From contig CBFHKU010000009.1 in NCBI GenBank assembly GCA_965656495.1, positions 1-64,000 on the forward strand: a stretch of DNA of 64,000 bases, read 5' to 3'. Below, piece by piece: positions 21,490 through 34,421 of this stretch. Made by a program: the position numbers and the translations under genes. Each line of letters begins with the position of its first letter. The stretch's first letter is position 1. Under the pieces are notes generated by a model. It made no database searches. It had not been told where the DNA came from and was given only the letters and a program-made list of their open reading frames with translations. Source of the DNA: Coraliomargaritaceae bacterium (GTDB lineage: Bacteria; Verrucomicrobiota; Verrucomicrobiia; Opitutales; Coraliomargaritaceae).

Positions 21490-22935
21490 ATGGCAAAAGT
21501 ATTGGTAATCGATGACGACGCGGATTTGCGTTACTCGCTGAAGCGCGTGCTCAGCGGGGAGGGTTATGACATACTCGAAGCGGAGAGCGGGGAGGCGGGT
21601 CTGAAGGTGGCGGCGGCGGAAAAACCGCAGGTGATTTTGTTGGACAACCGTATGCCGGGAATGACGGGCATCGAGACTTTGCAGCATTTGCGCGGGGAAA
21701 ACCCGAATGCCATGATCATTCTGATGACGGCCTTCGGGACGACACAGACCACGATTGAGGCGATGAAATTCGGGGCCTTTGATTACATCATGAAGCCCTT
21801 TGATCCGAAACAAATCGTGGGTTTAACGGCGGCGGCTCTGGCAGCTTCTTCGGATTTGGATAAAGCGAGTGCGAGCATGGGCGGGGATGCGGATTCGCAT
21901 TCGCATGTGAGTGCAGAGGATTTGGAAGGTGGGATCATTGGGAGCTCGGAGCCGATGCAGGCGGTTTTCAAGACAATTGGCCAGGTGGCGGCGAGCGACG
22001 CCACCGTGATGGTCACGGGTGAAAGCGGCACGGGTAAGGAATTGATTGCGCGGGCGATTCACCAGAACAGCTTACGATCCAACAAGCCCTATATCGCAGT
22101 CAACTGCGCCGCGATTGCGGAGAATTTAATCGAGAGTGAATTGTTTGGTCATGAAAAGGGCGCTTTTACCGGAGCGACGCAGCAACACATCGGGAAGTTT
22201 GAGCGTTGTGACGGGGGTACTATTTTTCTGGATGAAATTGGTGACATGGCGTTGGCGACCCAGACGAAAATTTTGCGTGCCTTACAGGAGGGAGAGATTC
22301 AGCGGGTGGGCGGTTCGGAAACGATCAAGGTGGATGTCCGGATGCTGGCGGCTACGAATAAACCTCTGGAAACAATGGTGGAGGAGAAGACCTTTCGGGA
22401 GGATTTGTATTATCGTTTGAATGTGGTGCGGGTGCAATTACCCGCCTTGCGCGAACGGATGGAGGATGTGCCTTCGCTGGTGGATTTCATGCTGAAACGT
22501 TTGGCGCGGGACAGCAAAGCGGAGTTAAAGCATATATCAGCGGAAGCGATGGCGGTTTTGCAGGCATATGATTGGCCGGGCAATGTTCGGGAACTGGAGA
22601 ATTTGATTTATCGCAGCGCGGTAATGGCGCAAGGAGAGGCGATTTTGGTCAAGGATTTGCCGGAGGAGGTGGTGAAAGCGGCGGGCCTTGAACCGTCGGA
22701 ACAGGCCGAAGAATCGGGATCGGGTACAGGGGCGGCGAGCGGCGATGCTTTGGACGCAGCGTATGCGCATTTGCGGAGGGAGACCGACGTGGATTTATTA
22801 CAAGCGGCAGAGCGCGCCATGATAGCGCGGGCACTTCAGGAAACCGGGGGTGAGCTTGGAGCGGCGGCAACGATTTTAGGGATGACGCGTCCCACGCTCC
22901 GCAAACGCATCGAGCAACACGGCTTGAGTGCTTGA
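21490..22935 (+). CDS. Sigma-54-dependent response regulator (NtrC family: REC, AAA+, Fis HTH)
   Basis: REC domain (DDD, LLD, KPF), [39 protein letters not shown]-terminal HTH. Confidence 0.96.
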   Translation: MAKVLVIDDDADLRYSLKRVLSGEGYDILEAESGEAGLKVAAAEKPQVILLDNRMPGMTGIETLQHLRGENPNAMIILMTAFGTTQTTIEAMKFGAFDYIMKPFDPKQIVGLTAAALAASSDLDKASASMGGDADSHSHVSAEDLEGGIIGSSEPMQAVFKTIGQVAASDATVMVTGESGTGKELIARAIHQNSLRSNKPYIAVNCAAIAENLIESELFGHEKGAFTGATQQHIGKFERCDGGTIFLDEIGDMALATQTKILRALQEGEIQRVGGSETIKVDVRMLAATNKPLETMVEEKTFREDLYYRLNVVRVQLPALRERMEDVPSLVDFMLKRLARDSKAELKHISAEAMAVLQAYDWPGNVRELENLIYRSAVMAQGEAILVKDLPEEVVKAAGLEPSEQAEESGSGTGAASGDALDAAYAHLRRETDVDLLQAAERAMIARALQETGGELGAAATILGMTRPTLRKRIEQHGLSA

Positions 22936-22948
22936 GGAAAGCGAGGCG

Positions 22949-23626
22949 CTAGGTGGGGCGCACCGAGATCTGGATGCGGGCTTCCGCCGGAGCACCGAAG
23001 TTGTCGATGCCACGAATGATGACGGTGTCGCGGAGCGGCAGGTTGAAGTTCAGGGGGACGACCTGCAGGATAAAATCATTACGTTTGTTGGGGTCGGTCT
23101 CACGGCTTACATCCAGTCGCAAGGGGTCGTAAACGATCGCCTCAATCGATTCAATGTAGCGTTGATCGAGATTCACCTCGATTGTTTTAGGGGTACGCAA
23201 GCTGTCGGGTGCCCAATAGAGAACCTGAGGACTCGCATCAACGAGGACGGGTATTTGAACGAAGAGATGGAGGGTGGTGGTCGGCTCGTCCTGACCGTCC
23301 AGATAAACGAAGAGGCGCTCGTGATGTTTGCCGGTGCGCTTTCCTTTGTTGAAAATAGCAGTGACAATGCTTTTTCCCTTGGCGCGGACGATGCGTTGAT
23401 CGACTAATGAGGAAACATTTCCGGCGCTACTCTCAATGCGATTAATGCGGATGGGTTTATTGCCGTTATTCGTCACGACAAACTGAAGCTTGGCCTGCGT
23501 ATCGCTGGGGCGCATTTCGGTGCGTGCCTCGGTTTGCAGCCATTTGAGCGCGTATTCTGCCTGAGCCGCTAGACAAGGGAAAGCGAGGCAGGCCAACAAA
23601 GCCAGGGATTTGAAATGGGTAGACAT
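22949..23626 (-). CDS. Exported Ig-like protein (DUF1573-like)
   Basis: Signal peptide; F..TN.G..PI.I..I.SS pattern characteristic of DUF1573. Confidence 0.7.
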   Translation of the reverse strand: MSTHFKSLALLACLAFPCLAAQAEYALKWLQTEARTEMRPSDTQAKLQFVVTNNGNKPIRINRIESSAGNVSSLVDQRIVRAKGKSIVTAIFNKGKRTGKHHERLFVYLDGQDEPTTTLHLFVQIPVLVDASPQVLYWAPDSLRTPKTIEVNLDQRYIESIEAIVYDPLRLDVSRETDPNKRNDFILQVVPLNFNLPLRDTVIIRGIDNFGAPAEARIQISVRPT

Positions 23627-23721
23627 TGAATTAACATTATAAAGTGGAGCAGAGCTGGCAAGTTTGAAGCGGCAGGGTTTTATTGCTTCACCTTGGTATT
23701 ATTCCTTATTAGGATTTGGTA

Positions 23722-24141
23722 ATGGGAGTCTATACTGAACAAATCGAGGCGCAGGCACCGGGCAAATCAACCGCAGAATTTACAGATGCGGTGGCATCGG
23801 GTTTGCGCAAAAGTGGCCTGCGGAATGGGAGCGTGACGGTCTTTTGCTGTCATACCGGTTGCAGTCTCGTCATTATGGAAAACGCGGATCGCTCCGCGCG
23901 GCGCGACCTCGAGCGTTTTATCGAGCGTCTCGTTCCGGAGCACGATCCCGATTTTACCCACACCCTCGAAGGGCCGGACGATATGCCCAGCCATATCAAG
24001 ATGGCGCTCACGCGAACCGCCGAGGTGATTCCATTTGTGGACGGACAGCTCTGCCTCGGTACCTGGCAGGGCGTTTTTCTATGGGAGCACCGGGCGCAGA
24101 GCCAGAAACGCCGCATCGTCCTGAGCTACCAGGGGGAGTAG
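23722..24141 (+). CDS. yjbQ: YjbQ/UPF0047 secondary thiamine-phosphate synthase family protein
   Basis: HTGCSLVIMENAD, H..EGPDDMPSHIK, LGTWQGVFLWEHR. Confidence 0.93.
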   Translation: MGVYTEQIEAQAPGKSTAEFTDAVASGLRKSGLRNGSVTVFCCHTGCSLVIMENADRSARRDLERFIERLVPEHDPDFTHTLEGPDDMPSHIKMALTRTAEVIPFVDGQLCLGTWQGVFLWEHRAQSQKRRIVLSYQGE

Positions 24142-24159
24142 GGCGGCGGCTTTCGATAC

Positions 24160-25110
24160 TTATGCCCGAGAGCTTCGCTGCGTGATAATATATACGGTAA
24201 ATAAAATCGCGAATGCGATGGCAGTCAAAATGACCAGGTGTAGCGCCGCATTATCAAATTTTTCAAAGAGCCATTTTATAAGACCGGTTGCGATCAGTGC
24301 GATGCTGCAAAGGCTGCCGATCAGCCATAAAAGTTTGTCTTTGATCATGTTTTCGAAGCTGGCCTTTAACTTTGCCTCATATTGTAGGAATTTCTCATCT
24401 ATATCTTGCGTGAGGGAGTCTATTTTTTCTGAAATTGTCTGAATTTTTTCATCGAGCTTGATGAGTTCGCTTCCGATATAATTGAACGGGTAGCCGGCTT
24501 CCTGTAATCGTTTTTTTGGATCCAGTTTATATATGGATGATGACACAATGAGGTCATCGTCAATGTCTACCGGTAATGAGCGGGCAGAAGTTTTGATTCC
24601 ATCGGTGTCTTGGTAGATGTGGTCACTTTGTGAGCCGTATGGGTTTTCGGGGGTTTCGTTTTCATCAAGCAAGAGGAGGGTAAGTTTAAAGAGGTGCCCT
24701 CCTTCCTTAAGGGTGATCGGGTTGGTGGAGCCATTTCTGATTCCCCAGTTCAGGTGACCTTTAAAACCGGCATCAATTTTTGTAGCGGCTTGTACAATAC
24801 CTTCCCGCATCATGGTGGTGGTAGGGGTTACGAAGCCCATTATCATTTGTCCCGGGTATTCCGCTTCCAGGGCAGCCGATGAGAAGTCTATTTTTTCTTT
24901 ACTCGAAACAATAACCGATTCGCCCGGATTAATCTTCAGGAAATGTCCTTTAGGGATCTTCTTTTCCTCTTTTGTTGCGAGGAAACGAACCGCATTACCC
25001 AAGCGCAATTCTACTCCATTGGGATTGATTTTTATATTACTGCTCTGGTCTCCAACAATGATGCTGGATAGGATTTTTCTAATTTCCTTATCGGGAAGCA
25101 ATTGAGCCAT
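24160..25110 (-). CDS. dCTP deaminase/dUTPase-fold protein fused to a coiled coil and two C-terminal TM helices; low GC
   Basis: LLPDKEIRK, INPNGVELRLG, INPGESV, IDAGFKG, PY...YQ..G match Dcd motifs; heptad segment about aa 215-258; hydrophobic helices about aa 260-278 and 288-309. Confidence 0.85.
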   Translation of the reverse strand: MAQLLPDKEIRKILSSIIVGDQSSNIKINPNGVELRLGNAVRFLATKEEKKIPKGHFLKINPGESVIVSSKEKIDFSSAALEAEYPGQMIMGFVTPTTTMMREGIVQAATKIDAGFKGHLNWGIRNGSTNPITLKEGGHLFKLTLLLLDENETPENPYGSQSDHIYQDTDGIKTSARSLPVDIDDDLIVSSSIYKLDPKKRLQEAGYPFNYIGSELIKLDEKIQTISEKIDSLTQDIDEKFLQYEAKLKASFENMIKDKLLWLIGSLCSIALIATGLIKWLFEKFDNAALHLVILTAIAFAILFTVYIITQRSSRA

Positions 25111-25159
25111 ATTTATATTCTTTATAAATTAGGCTGTTTATCAACAAAAATAAATTTAT

Positions 25160-26707
25160 TTACTGGGCGATTGCGAGCAGCGTTTCGATGGCGGGGACAT
25201 CCTTGATGATTTGGCTGGGTTCGGGGCCGACGCCGATGTAGCGGAGGTTGGGGAGCTTGGCAGGGCCCTGGTCGCCGTGGTTGGCGACGTCCACGAGGGC
25301 TTTGAGCATCCATGCCACGTAGTTTTGGGCGTTGGCGGGAAGCGCAGCAAAATGGCGCACGGTCGAGATGTCTTCGCTCCAGCCGGGGAGTTCCTTGTAA
25401 ACGGGTTGCAGGGTGCGGCGGTAGCTGTCGTCGCGGGGGACGTGGTGGATGCTGCGGCCCTCGGCGTCGCGGTAGGCGGTGCAGATGCGGAGCGATCCGT
25501 TCCAGTCGCCGGAATGGGAGAGGGCATCGAGTTTGTTGAGGACGAGGTCCTGATAGCCACCGTAACGGAGGGCATCGCCCTTTTCAACGGCGTCATACCA
25601 ACCGACCATGCGTTGGCGTCCGGTGGTGGCTCCGAATTCGATTTGGCGGAGTTGTTGACTGAGGGGGTGGTCGAGTTCGATTTCGGAAATAAAGGCGTGG
25701 GTGCCGACCTTGGTATCGTAGGCTTTGCAGCAACCGACATTGTGGATGGCTTGGACGGGGATGCCGGCGGACTGGAAGAACTCGGGGGTAAAGGTATGGG
25801 AGGCGGTGACGTTGGGCGGGAAGCCGTGCCGTTTGTCGAGCCAGTAGGCTTGGCCGAACTCGCCGATGACGTAGCGGCCCTGGTCGACTTCGCGGAGGAT
25901 GAGTTCGCGCACGTCGGTGATTTGCGGGGCGAGGATTTGACCGGCGGCCCAGTAGGTTTCGATGAGGGCTTCGGTGTTTAGGGTGAAGGGTTCGGCGCTA
26001 GCGAAGGCGGCAAAATCAAAATCCTGGGCGGGGGCTTTTCCGGCTTGGATGATTTCGGCATTGGCGCGGGATTCCGCTTCGCCGAGGGTTGCGAAAGCGG
26101 CGAGCCAACGCTCGGGGGAAATTTGGCAGACGTGTTGAATGATGCGGCAGGTGCGCTCGATGCGTTCACGGAATTTTTCCACGAAGTGGTCTTTGGGGCC
26201 GTGGAGGTCTGCGTAATAAATTTGGAATTGCCCGACTTCATCGAGGTAGGCGGGGGTGATTCCGCGACCGGTGGAACCTCGGGCTTCGCCGCCGGGGAGG
26301 CGTTGGCGGTAGTCTTCCCATGCCAGGTCGAGGAGGCGGTGACTGAGGTCGGAGAGGAGGCAACGCTCGTCGATGGCAAGGCGTTCGAGGGCGCGGTGAC
26401 CGTGGAGTTCGGCATAGGCGCATTCCCAGAGGAATTTGCGGGGATCGGCGACCACCCCACAACCGATCGGCAGGTGTGGTACTTCGGGATCGGCGACGCC
26501 GCCCGGCAGGAGGTTGAGCTTGAGGCCTGCGACGGTGTGACCGGAGTTGGAACCGCCGTTGACTTTCATGACGGCGCCCACCGCATCGCGGTGTCCGGTG
26601 GATTCCCGTAGTTCGTTGACGATCTCAAGGATGACGCGGCCTTTGCCCTCGTCGCCGGTTGAGATGCCGGTATCGGCAATGAGTTGACTCTGAAATGGAG
26701 TGAGCAT
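25160..26707 (-). CDS. purA: Adenylosuccinate synthetase (divergent, with insertion)
   Basis: [45 protein letters not shown]; next to guaB. Confidence 0.93.
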   Translation of the reverse strand: MLTPFQSQLIADTGISTGDEGKGRVILEIVNELRESTGHRDAVGAVMKVNGGSNSGHTVAGLKLNLLPGGVADPEVPHLPIGCGVVADPRKFLWECAYAELHGHRALERLAIDERCLLSDLSHRLLDLAWEDYRQRLPGGEARGSTGRGITPAYLDEVGQFQIYYADLHGPKDHFVEKFRERIERTCRIIQHVCQISPERWLAAFATLGEAESRANAEIIQAGKAPAQDFDFAAFASAEPFTLNTEALIETYWAAGQILAPQITDVRELILREVDQGRYVIGEFGQAYWLDKRHGFPPNVTASHTFTPEFFQSAGIPVQAIHNVGCCKAYDTKVGTHAFISEIELDHPLSQQLRQIEFGATTGRQRMVGWYDAVEKGDALRYGGYQDLVLNKLDALSHSGDWNGSLRICTAYRDAEGRSIHHVPRDDSYRRTLQPVYKELPGWSEDISTVRHFAALPANAQNYVAWMLKALVDVANHGDQGPAKLPNLRYIGVGPEPSQIIKDVPAIETLLAIAQ

Positions 26708-26718
26708 GCGGGTGCAGT

Positions 26719-28296
<1,578 letters not shown>

Positions 28297-28352
28297 GCGC
28301 TGAGTGCATCAAATAGTTGTCTTTTCTCAAGCCGAAAACACATTGGAATGAA

Positions 28353-29339
28353 ATGAGAGAAATCAGGTACCAAAGCTACTCGCGTCGATTTGAGCGTCCA
28401 TTGCGGACGGCACGGGGTGAATGGGCGGTTCGCGAGGGGTATTTGTTGCGGATTCGGGAGGGGGATCGGGTAGGATATGGCGAAGTGGCACCGCTGCCTG
28501 AATTCGGGACGGAAACGCTGGCGGAAGCGGAGGCATATCTGGCGGCTTTATCGGCGGGCGGGGAGTTGGCGCTGCCGGAGCACTTACAGTGTTGCGCTTT
28601 TGGAATAAGTGCGGCCTTGGCTGGGCTACAAGGGGCAATGGTATTGCCAGATCGCGATTTTGAAGTGGCGGGGCTCTTACCGGCGGGTGAGGCAGCGGAG
28701 TCGGCCATGCTAGAAAAATGGAGTGGTGGTTATGAGGTTTTTAAATGGAAGGTGGGGGTCGAGGCGGCTGCAAGTGAGATGGCAGTTTTTGAACGACTGG
28801 CGGAGCGATTGCCGGAGGGGGGTCGTTTGCGTTTGGATGCGAACGGGGCGTGGTCGGTTGAGTTGTTGAATGAATGGCTGGAATTTTTAAAGGGCTGGGT
28901 GAATGTGGTGGAATTTGTGGAGCAGCCTTTGGCTGTGGGATTGGAGGCGGAAATGTTGGCGGCGCGGGCGGAATCGGGAATCGAGATTGCGCTGGATGAA
29001 AGTTTGAACGGAGCGGGGGCGGCACGCTGGTTGGGTGAATGGCCGGGCGTACTGGTGGTTAAAGCGCCCTTGATGGGGGACTTGGCGCGATTGCAGGCGC
29101 AACTCGAACCGGTGGCGGAACGGGTGGTGCTATCCTCGGTTTTTGAAACGGGTATCGGGTTTTTGAATACGATGGTATTGGCGGGGGCCTTGCCGAAGCT
29201 CAACTTAGCCTTGGGGTTTGATACTTTGCAGTTTTTGGATGCACTAGGGGGTCGTAAGGAGGGTGCCGTGATTGCGGCATCGGATTTGGTAGCATTGAAT
29301 CCTGAAGAAATATGGAACGCGAACCGCCATTTGATTTAG
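28353..29339 (+). CDS. menC: o-succinylbenzoate synthase (enolase superfamily)
   Basis: GYGEVAPLPEFGTE, KWKVG, RLDANG, EQP, ALDES, SSVFET; adjacent to menE. Confidence 0.88.
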   Translation: MREIRYQSYSRRFERPLRTARGEWAVREGYLLRIREGDRVGYGEVAPLPEFGTETLAEAEAYLAALSAGGELALPEHLQCCAFGISAALAGLQGAMVLPDRDFEVAGLLPAGEAAESAMLEKWSGGYEVFKWKVGVEAAASEMAVFERLAERLPEGGRLRLDANGAWSVELLNEWLEFLKGWVNVVEFVEQPLAVGLEAEMLAARAESGIEIALDESLNGAGAARWLGEWPGVLVVKAPLMGDLARLQAQLEPVAERVVLSSVFETGIGFLNTMVLAGALPKLNLALGFDTLQFLDALGGRKEGAVIAASDLVALNPEEIWNANRHLI

Positions 29340-30643
29340 CATCCCTGAAGCGGGATTGGATTGAGGGAGTTCCGGGTGGGCAGTTCACGGAGCGGGTGGC
29401 GGCATGGCTGGAAGATTTGGAGGCGACGCGCCCGGGGCCGGTTCTGCTGGCGTTGGAGGATGGATTTGAATTTGCGGCGGTTTTTATGGCAGCGGTCTAT
29501 CTCCGGCGTCCGGTGGTCTTGGGCAATCCGGCGTGGGGTTCGGTTGAATGGGGGGCGGTCGCTGGGCAGTTGAAGCCGGCGCGGGTGGTTGGTGATGCAC
29601 CGCTGGAGGTCACCGAGGCGGTGAGTGATTTGGCGGCAGGGGCGATTTTGATTCCAACCGGCGGTACGAGTGGAGGGGTCCGTTTTGCGCATCACGACTG
29701 GGGAACGCTTCGTGTCGCGGCGGAGGGTTGGCTGACTTTTGCGGGTGCCGGGGTGGAGCGCGTTTTATGTGTGCTGCCGCTCTACCATGTGAGTGGACTG
29801 ATGCAATTGGTGCGCAGTTTTGTTGGTTCGATGCAGTTTGCGATGGGGACTTGGGCGGATATCCCGCGTTGTGCGGGGCGCGCGAATCAAGGGGTGGCAA
29901 TTTCGCTGGTGGCAACGCAACTGGAGCGTTTGTTGGAGGATGATGCTTCGGTGGAGGCCTTGCGCGGGATGGAGGCGATTTATATGGGTGGTGGCCCGAT
30001 GCGGGTGGAGACGGCGGAACGGGCGCGCGCCGAAAAGTTGCCGCTGGTTTTAAGTTATGGCATGACGGAAACGGGAGCGATGGTCGCCGCTTTGAGCGTC
30101 GAGGCATTTATGTCCGGTGCCTTTGATGCGGGTCGGGCGCTGTGTCATGCAAGCCTCAGCATAATCGATGAGGCGGGGAAAATCTGCGCGCCGGGGGAGG
30201 TGGGGCGCATCCGGGTGGCGTCAAAGGCGTTGTTTCATGGTTATCATGCGGCGCGGGCAGATGGTTTGCGGGATGGGGAATTTTTGACGGACGATGCCGG
30301 TTTTTTGGATGAAGACGGGCAGTTGCACGTGGTCGGTCGAATCGATCGTTTGATTCAAAGCGGGGGAGAAAAGGTAGATCCTCAGGAGGTTGAGACCGCG
30401 ATGCTACAGGTGGAGGGGGTCGAGGCGGCGCTCGTTCTCGGGCAAGCGGATGCGGAATGGGTTGAACGGGTGGTGGCGTTTTATGTGGCGGAGTCGGATT
30501 TGGATCTCACCGCGCCGCTTGCGGGCTTGTTGGCACCGCATAAGCTTCCGAAGTTGTGCCTGCGGGTGGCGGCGTTACCGCTGAATGCATCCGGGAAAGT
30601 GGACAGCGTAAAGGTGGCGGCGCTGTTGGGGGCGGTTCAGTAA
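29312..30643 (+). CDS. menE: o-succinylbenzoate-CoA ligase (AMP-binding)
   Basis: [36 protein letters not shown]; overlaps menC. Confidence 0.85.
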   Translation: MEREPPFDLASLKRDWIEGVPGGQFTERVAAWLEDLEATRPGPVLLALEDGFEFAAVFMAAVYLRRPVVLGNPAWGSVEWGAVAGQLKPARVVGDAPLEVTEAVSDLAAGAILIPTGGTSGGVRFAHHDWGTLRVAAEGWLTFAGAGVERVLCVLPLYHVSGLMQLVRSFVGSMQFAMGTWADIPRCAGRANQGVAISLVATQLERLLEDDASVEALRGMEAIYMGGGPMRVETAERARAEKLPLVLSYGMTETGAMVAALSVEAFMSGAFDAGRALCHASLSIIDEAGKICAPGEVGRIRVASKALFHGYHAARADGLRDGEFLTDDAGFLDEDGQLHVVGRIDRLIQSGGEKVDPQEVETAMLQVEGVEAALVLGQADAEWVERVVAFYVAESDLDLTAPLAGLLAPHKLPKLCLRVAALPLNASGKVDSVKVAALLGAVQ

Positions 30644-31887
30644 AGCCAGTAACGGCGAAAATGTTGCTGGAAATCCTGCGCCTGGCGGGACCATTGATTC
30701 AGGAAGGGGGTCACGCGCGCGCGGTAGTCACGTGTGCTGATTTCGTTCCACCAGGCGGAACTGCCAACGTGTTTATTGAAGAGCTCGACGCGCTTAATGG
30801 CGGCGAAGTTGTTGCCGGGTTCCCATGCGGCGGTGAGCTGCATCATATGAAAACTGACTTCGGTCGGGCGCAGGCGTTTCCAGTCGGTAACGTGAACGTA
30901 GACGCCTTCAATTTCAGTGCCGGATTTTGTTTGGGTGCGCTTGATTTGGAATTGGAGTCCGGGAATGCGGAGGCGGGTGAGGGCGCCTTGTACTTCGGCG
31001 GCGGATTTCCCTTTATAGCGGAGGAAGCGGAAGGGGTAGGGGGTGCCGATACCGTGGCTGAAGCCGCCTTCCTGTGCGCCAAGCCCAAGCATGGCATAAC
31101 CGAGAACCGCCGCGAGATTCGGGATATAGGGGGAAGTGGGAATCCAGCGAAGTCCGGTCTCGGGCCAGAGCATGTCGCGTTTCCAGCCGCGCATCGGAAT
31201 GATCGTCAGTTTGGCGCGGCGAAGCTGTTCGGGATTGACCTTCTCGGGGCGAAGCCAACCGGGCGTATTGCGTGCAATGTAGGCAATTTCTCCGATGGTG
31301 AGTCCGTGCACGTAGGGGGTGAAAATATCGCCGACGTAGGAACGCCATTCGGGATCCAGCGGCGGGCCATCCACCTTCAGTCCGCCGAGGGGGTTGGGTC
31401 GGTCGAGGACGATGACTTCAACCCCATTGGCGAAGCAGGCCTCCATGGTTCGAATCATGCAACTAACGTAGGTGTAGGAGCGGACGCCGATGTCCTGCAG
31501 GTCGATGACAATGGCATCGAGTCCCTCCAGCATGTCGTTGCTCGGCCAACGGTATTTTCCATAGAGGGAGTAGACCGGGAGGCCAGTGCGTGAGTCGATG
31601 CGGTTGGGGATGGGTTTATTGGCTTTTTCGTCGCCGTAGATGCCGTGCTCAGGGCCAAAGAGGGCAACGAGGCGGGTATTGTTTGCGCGGCGCAGGACAT
31701 CGATGGTGCTTTGTCCGTGGCGGTTGACTCCGGCGGGGTGGGTTAGGAGTCCGATGCGCTTTCCGGCGAGCTGTCGAAATCCGTTTTCCTGAAGGACGTC
31801 GATGCCGAGATGAATGGATTGGGCTTGAAGGAAGCCGGAGAGGAGGAGGCCAAGGATGGGGAGTGCCAGGGCGGGTAATTTAAGCAT
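30637..31887 (-). CDS. DUF1343 / NamZ-family exo-beta-N-acetylmuramidase
   Basis: [47 protein letters not shown]; signal peptide from ATG 31887. Confidence 0.92.
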   Translation of the reverse strand: MLKLPALALPILGLLLSGFLQAQSIHLGIDVLQENGFRQLAGKRIGLLTHPAGVNRHGQSTIDVLRRANNTRLVALFGPEHGIYGDEKANKPIPNRIDSRTGLPVYSLYGKYRWPSNDMLEGLDAIVIDLQDIGVRSYTYVSCMIRTMEACFANGVEVIVLDRPNPLGGLKVDGPPLDPEWRSYVGDIFTPYVHGLTIGEIAYIARNTPGWLRPEKVNPEQLRRAKLTIIPMRGWKRDMLWPETGLRWIPTSPYIPNLAAVLGYAMLGLGAQEGGFSHGIGTPYPFRFLRYKGKSAAEVQGALTRLRIPGLQFQIKRTQTKSGTEIEGVYVHVTDWKRLRPTEVSFHMMQLTAAWEPGNNFAAIKRVELFNKHVGSSAWWNEISTRDYRARVTPFLNQWSRQAQDFQQHFRRYWLY

Positions 31888-32536
31888 CGTCTTTAGGCGT
31901 AGTAGGTGAGGGTTTGGAATTACGGAGCTGTTCGATCTTATGATGGAGTCGTTGATAGCTGGCGGTGGTGCGCTTGGCAATGAAACGGTAAAGGCTCCCT
32001 GCGACGGCGCCAAGAAAAGTTCCGATAATCACACCGCCGAGCGTTGTGACTGAAAAGACGGAAAGTAGGGTGTCGAGATTGTTGCCCCAGTTGCCGGTAA
32101 AGAAGTTGTGTATGAGCGCATCAATTTCATTTTTACCAAAGGGACTGGTCTCAATGGCGAGCAAGCCGAGTGTCATGCGTCCGATTTGATAGAGGGCAAA
32201 CCAAATGGGGAGGACGGTGAAGGGATTGGTTATAAGTTGAAGTCCGGCGAGGATGGGGAGGTTTGCCCGCATGAACAGAGCGAGCAAGAGTGCCAGTGGT
32301 ATTTGGAGGCCATAGATGGGTAAGAGGGTGAGAATACAGCCAACACGTAGGGCCGGAACCGCCTGCTCCGGACGAAAGCTCCAAAGGTAGATCCGTTGGC
32401 GCGCCGCCTTCGCAAACCAATTGAGCACGGGGTAGCGGTGAAGATTGGCGCGTCTTGGAAGGGGTCGCAGCCAACGCTTGAGGCGACGGATCCGGCGCCG
32501 CTTCTCTTCAAACAAGCGATGGGATTCGTTTGTCAT
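31880..32536 (-). CDS. DUF2062 domain membrane protein
   Basis: LP.YG.Q...A...RANLP...ITNPFT pattern with TM segments. Confidence 0.85.
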   Translation of the reverse strand: MTNESHRLFEEKRRRIRRLKRWLRPLPRRANLHRYPVLNWFAKAARQRIYLWSFRPEQAVPALRVGCILTLLPIYGLQIPLALLLALFMRANLPILAGLQLITNPFTVLPIWFALYQIGRMTLGLLAIETSPFGKNEIDALIHNFFTGNWGNNLDTLLSVFSVTTLGGVIIGTFLGAVAGSLYRFIAKRTTASYQRLHHKIEQLRNSKPSPTTPKDDA

Positions 32537-32577
32537 GGAGAAGCGGTCACAATGCTGCGCGGCGACAAGGGTGGGTG

Positions 32578-34341
32578 CTAGCGTTGCTCCTGTCCGGTTT
32601 TTGCGTCGATGATCTTGAAGTTTTCGACGTGGTAGACCGGGTCGGCACGGAAGGCGAGTTTGACGCCGTAGGATTGTTCGATTTCCAGAAGCAGGTGCTC
32701 GTCCTCATTGCGCAGGCGCTCGAGGTTGGAGGGATGCAGGAGGATGCGAAGGCTGATTTCTTCGTCGACTCCATCGCGTGCCCGCAGGTGGCGAATGACG
32801 CTGATGAGACGGCGCTGGATTTCGACGCTCATGGTGCGGGAGGATTTGACGGAGCCGCGGCCGTTGCAATAGGGGCAATCGACGTTGGTGCCACTGGAAT
32901 GGCTCTCGCTGTGACGTTGGCGTGTCATCTGCATGATCCCAAGGGTTGAGATGGGCAGGATTTGACTCTTGGCTTTATCGCCGGCCATTTCGCGGCGCAT
33001 GCGCTGTAGGACCGAGTTGCGGTCTTTTTTGGATTTCATGTCGATGAAATCCATAATGACGAGTCCGCCGATATTGCGCAGACGGATTTGGCGGGCGATC
33101 TCGGTGGCGGCTTCCAGATTGACCTGAAGGATAAAGTTTTTGCCGTCTTTATTCTTGTTTTTGTGGGCGCCGGTATTGACGTCGATCGAGATGAGGGCCT
33201 CGGTTTCTTCGATGACAATTTCGCCGCCGGAGGGAAGGGGTACGCAACGCATATACGTTTGCTGTATTTGGCGTTCGATATTGAACCGCTCAAAGACGGG
33301 GATGTCATCTTTGAAGAGTTGGATTTTTGACTTCGAGCGGGGTGAGATTTTTATCACCTCTTCCATGACGCGGTCGTAGTCCTCTTTTTTATCAACGAGG
33401 ACGCGGTCCACTTCCTCGGTGAGGAAATCGCGCACAGTCCGCCCGACGAGATCGGGCTCAACGTAGAGGCAGGTGGGTTTGCGTGCGGCGTCCATTCGCT
33501 CGGTGATCCCTTCCCAGCGCTTGAGGAGGATGTGGATATCGCGAATGAAATAGCGGGCTTTTTTTCCTTCACCGGCGGTGCGAATGATAACGCCCATTCC
33601 CTCGGGAAGGGTGAGTTCGCGGAGAATACCCTTGAGGCGTGAGCGTTCCTTCTTGTCTTCGATCTTACGAGAGATGCCCATTGTACCGGCGTAGGGCATC
33701 AGGACGAGGAAACGCCCCGGCAGTGCAATATTGGTGGTGGTGCGCGGGCCTTTGGTGCCGATTTGTCCTTTGGTTATTTGGAGGACAATTTCGCTGCCGA
33801 TTGGATAGAGCTTGGGGATATCCTTGGTGGTGATTTTTTCCTGCTCTCTTTTGCGCTGCTTGTCGGATTTGTTGTCGCGCACCACTTCAATGGTGCTGTC
33901 GTTGGCGGCGGGCAGGATGTCCCAGTAATGAAGGAAGGCGTTTTTCGGCTGCCCGATATCAACGAAGGCGGCTTTGAGGCCGTGCTCGAGGTTTTGGATG
34001 CGCCCCTTGAAGATGGCGCCTACTTCGCGTGCGTCTCCGGCGCGCTCCACCTCGAATTTCTCAAGGACGCCGTCTTTTAATTGGGCGACGCGCTTTTCGA
34101 GTGGCTCGGAGTTGATGATGAGTTCCGAATAGGCCTTATCTTCTTTTTTGATGGCCTTGATGATACGGCTGACAAGCGGTTGTTTCTTAGCGCGCTTGGC
34201 AGCGGCGTCGCGAAGTTCCCTAGGGTTGATTCGCTCTGCTTTTTCCTCCGCGGGCGGAGTGGTCAGGTCTTGATCGTAGTTATCGCCACTGGGCTGTTCG
34301 TTGTTGTTGTCGTTGGAATGGATGGTGTTTGATTCTTGCAT
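32578..34341 (-). CDS. Ribonuclease E/G (Rne/Rng family)
   Basis: [47 protein letters not shown] zinc link. Confidence 0.96.
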   Translation of the reverse strand: MQESNTIHSNDNNNEQPSGDNYDQDLTTPPAEEKAERINPRELRDAAAKRAKKQPLVSRIIKAIKKEDKAYSELIINSEPLEKRVAQLKDGVLEKFEVERAGDAREVGAIFKGRIQNLEHGLKAAFVDIGQPKNAFLHYWDILPAANDSTIEVVRDNKSDKQRKREQEKITTKDIPKLYPIGSEIVLQITKGQIGTKGPRTTTNIALPGRFLVLMPYAGTMGISRKIEDKKERSRLKGILRELTLPEGMGVIIRTAGEGKKARYFIRDIHILLKRWEGITERMDAARKPTCLYVEPDLVGRTVRDFLTEEVDRVLVDKKEDYDRVMEEVIKISPRSKSKIQLFKDDIPVFERFNIERQIQQTYMRCVPLPSGGEIVIEETEALISIDVNTGAHKNKNKDGKNFILQVNLEAATEIARQIRLRNIGGLVIMDFIDMKSKKDRNSVLQRMRREMAGDKAKSQILPISTLGIMQMTRQRHSESHSSGTNVDCPYCNGRGSVKSSRTMSVEIQRRLISVIRHLRARDGVDEEISLRILLHPSNLERLRNEDEHLLLEIEQSYGVKLAFRADPVYHVENFKIIDAKTGQEQR

Positions 34342-34421
34342 GGCTTGGGAGTTTCCCGGGTTGAATGGGAGGTTGCCACGTCTCTGAAGTTTTTACTCAT
34401 AGGTCGGATACTGGCATGTGG

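Noticed and set aside
25160..26707. PurZ (2-aminoadenine pathway) instead of PurA
   Set aside because: Retains Asp in GDEGKG (PurZ has Ser there), lies in an operon with guaB, and has no phage context.
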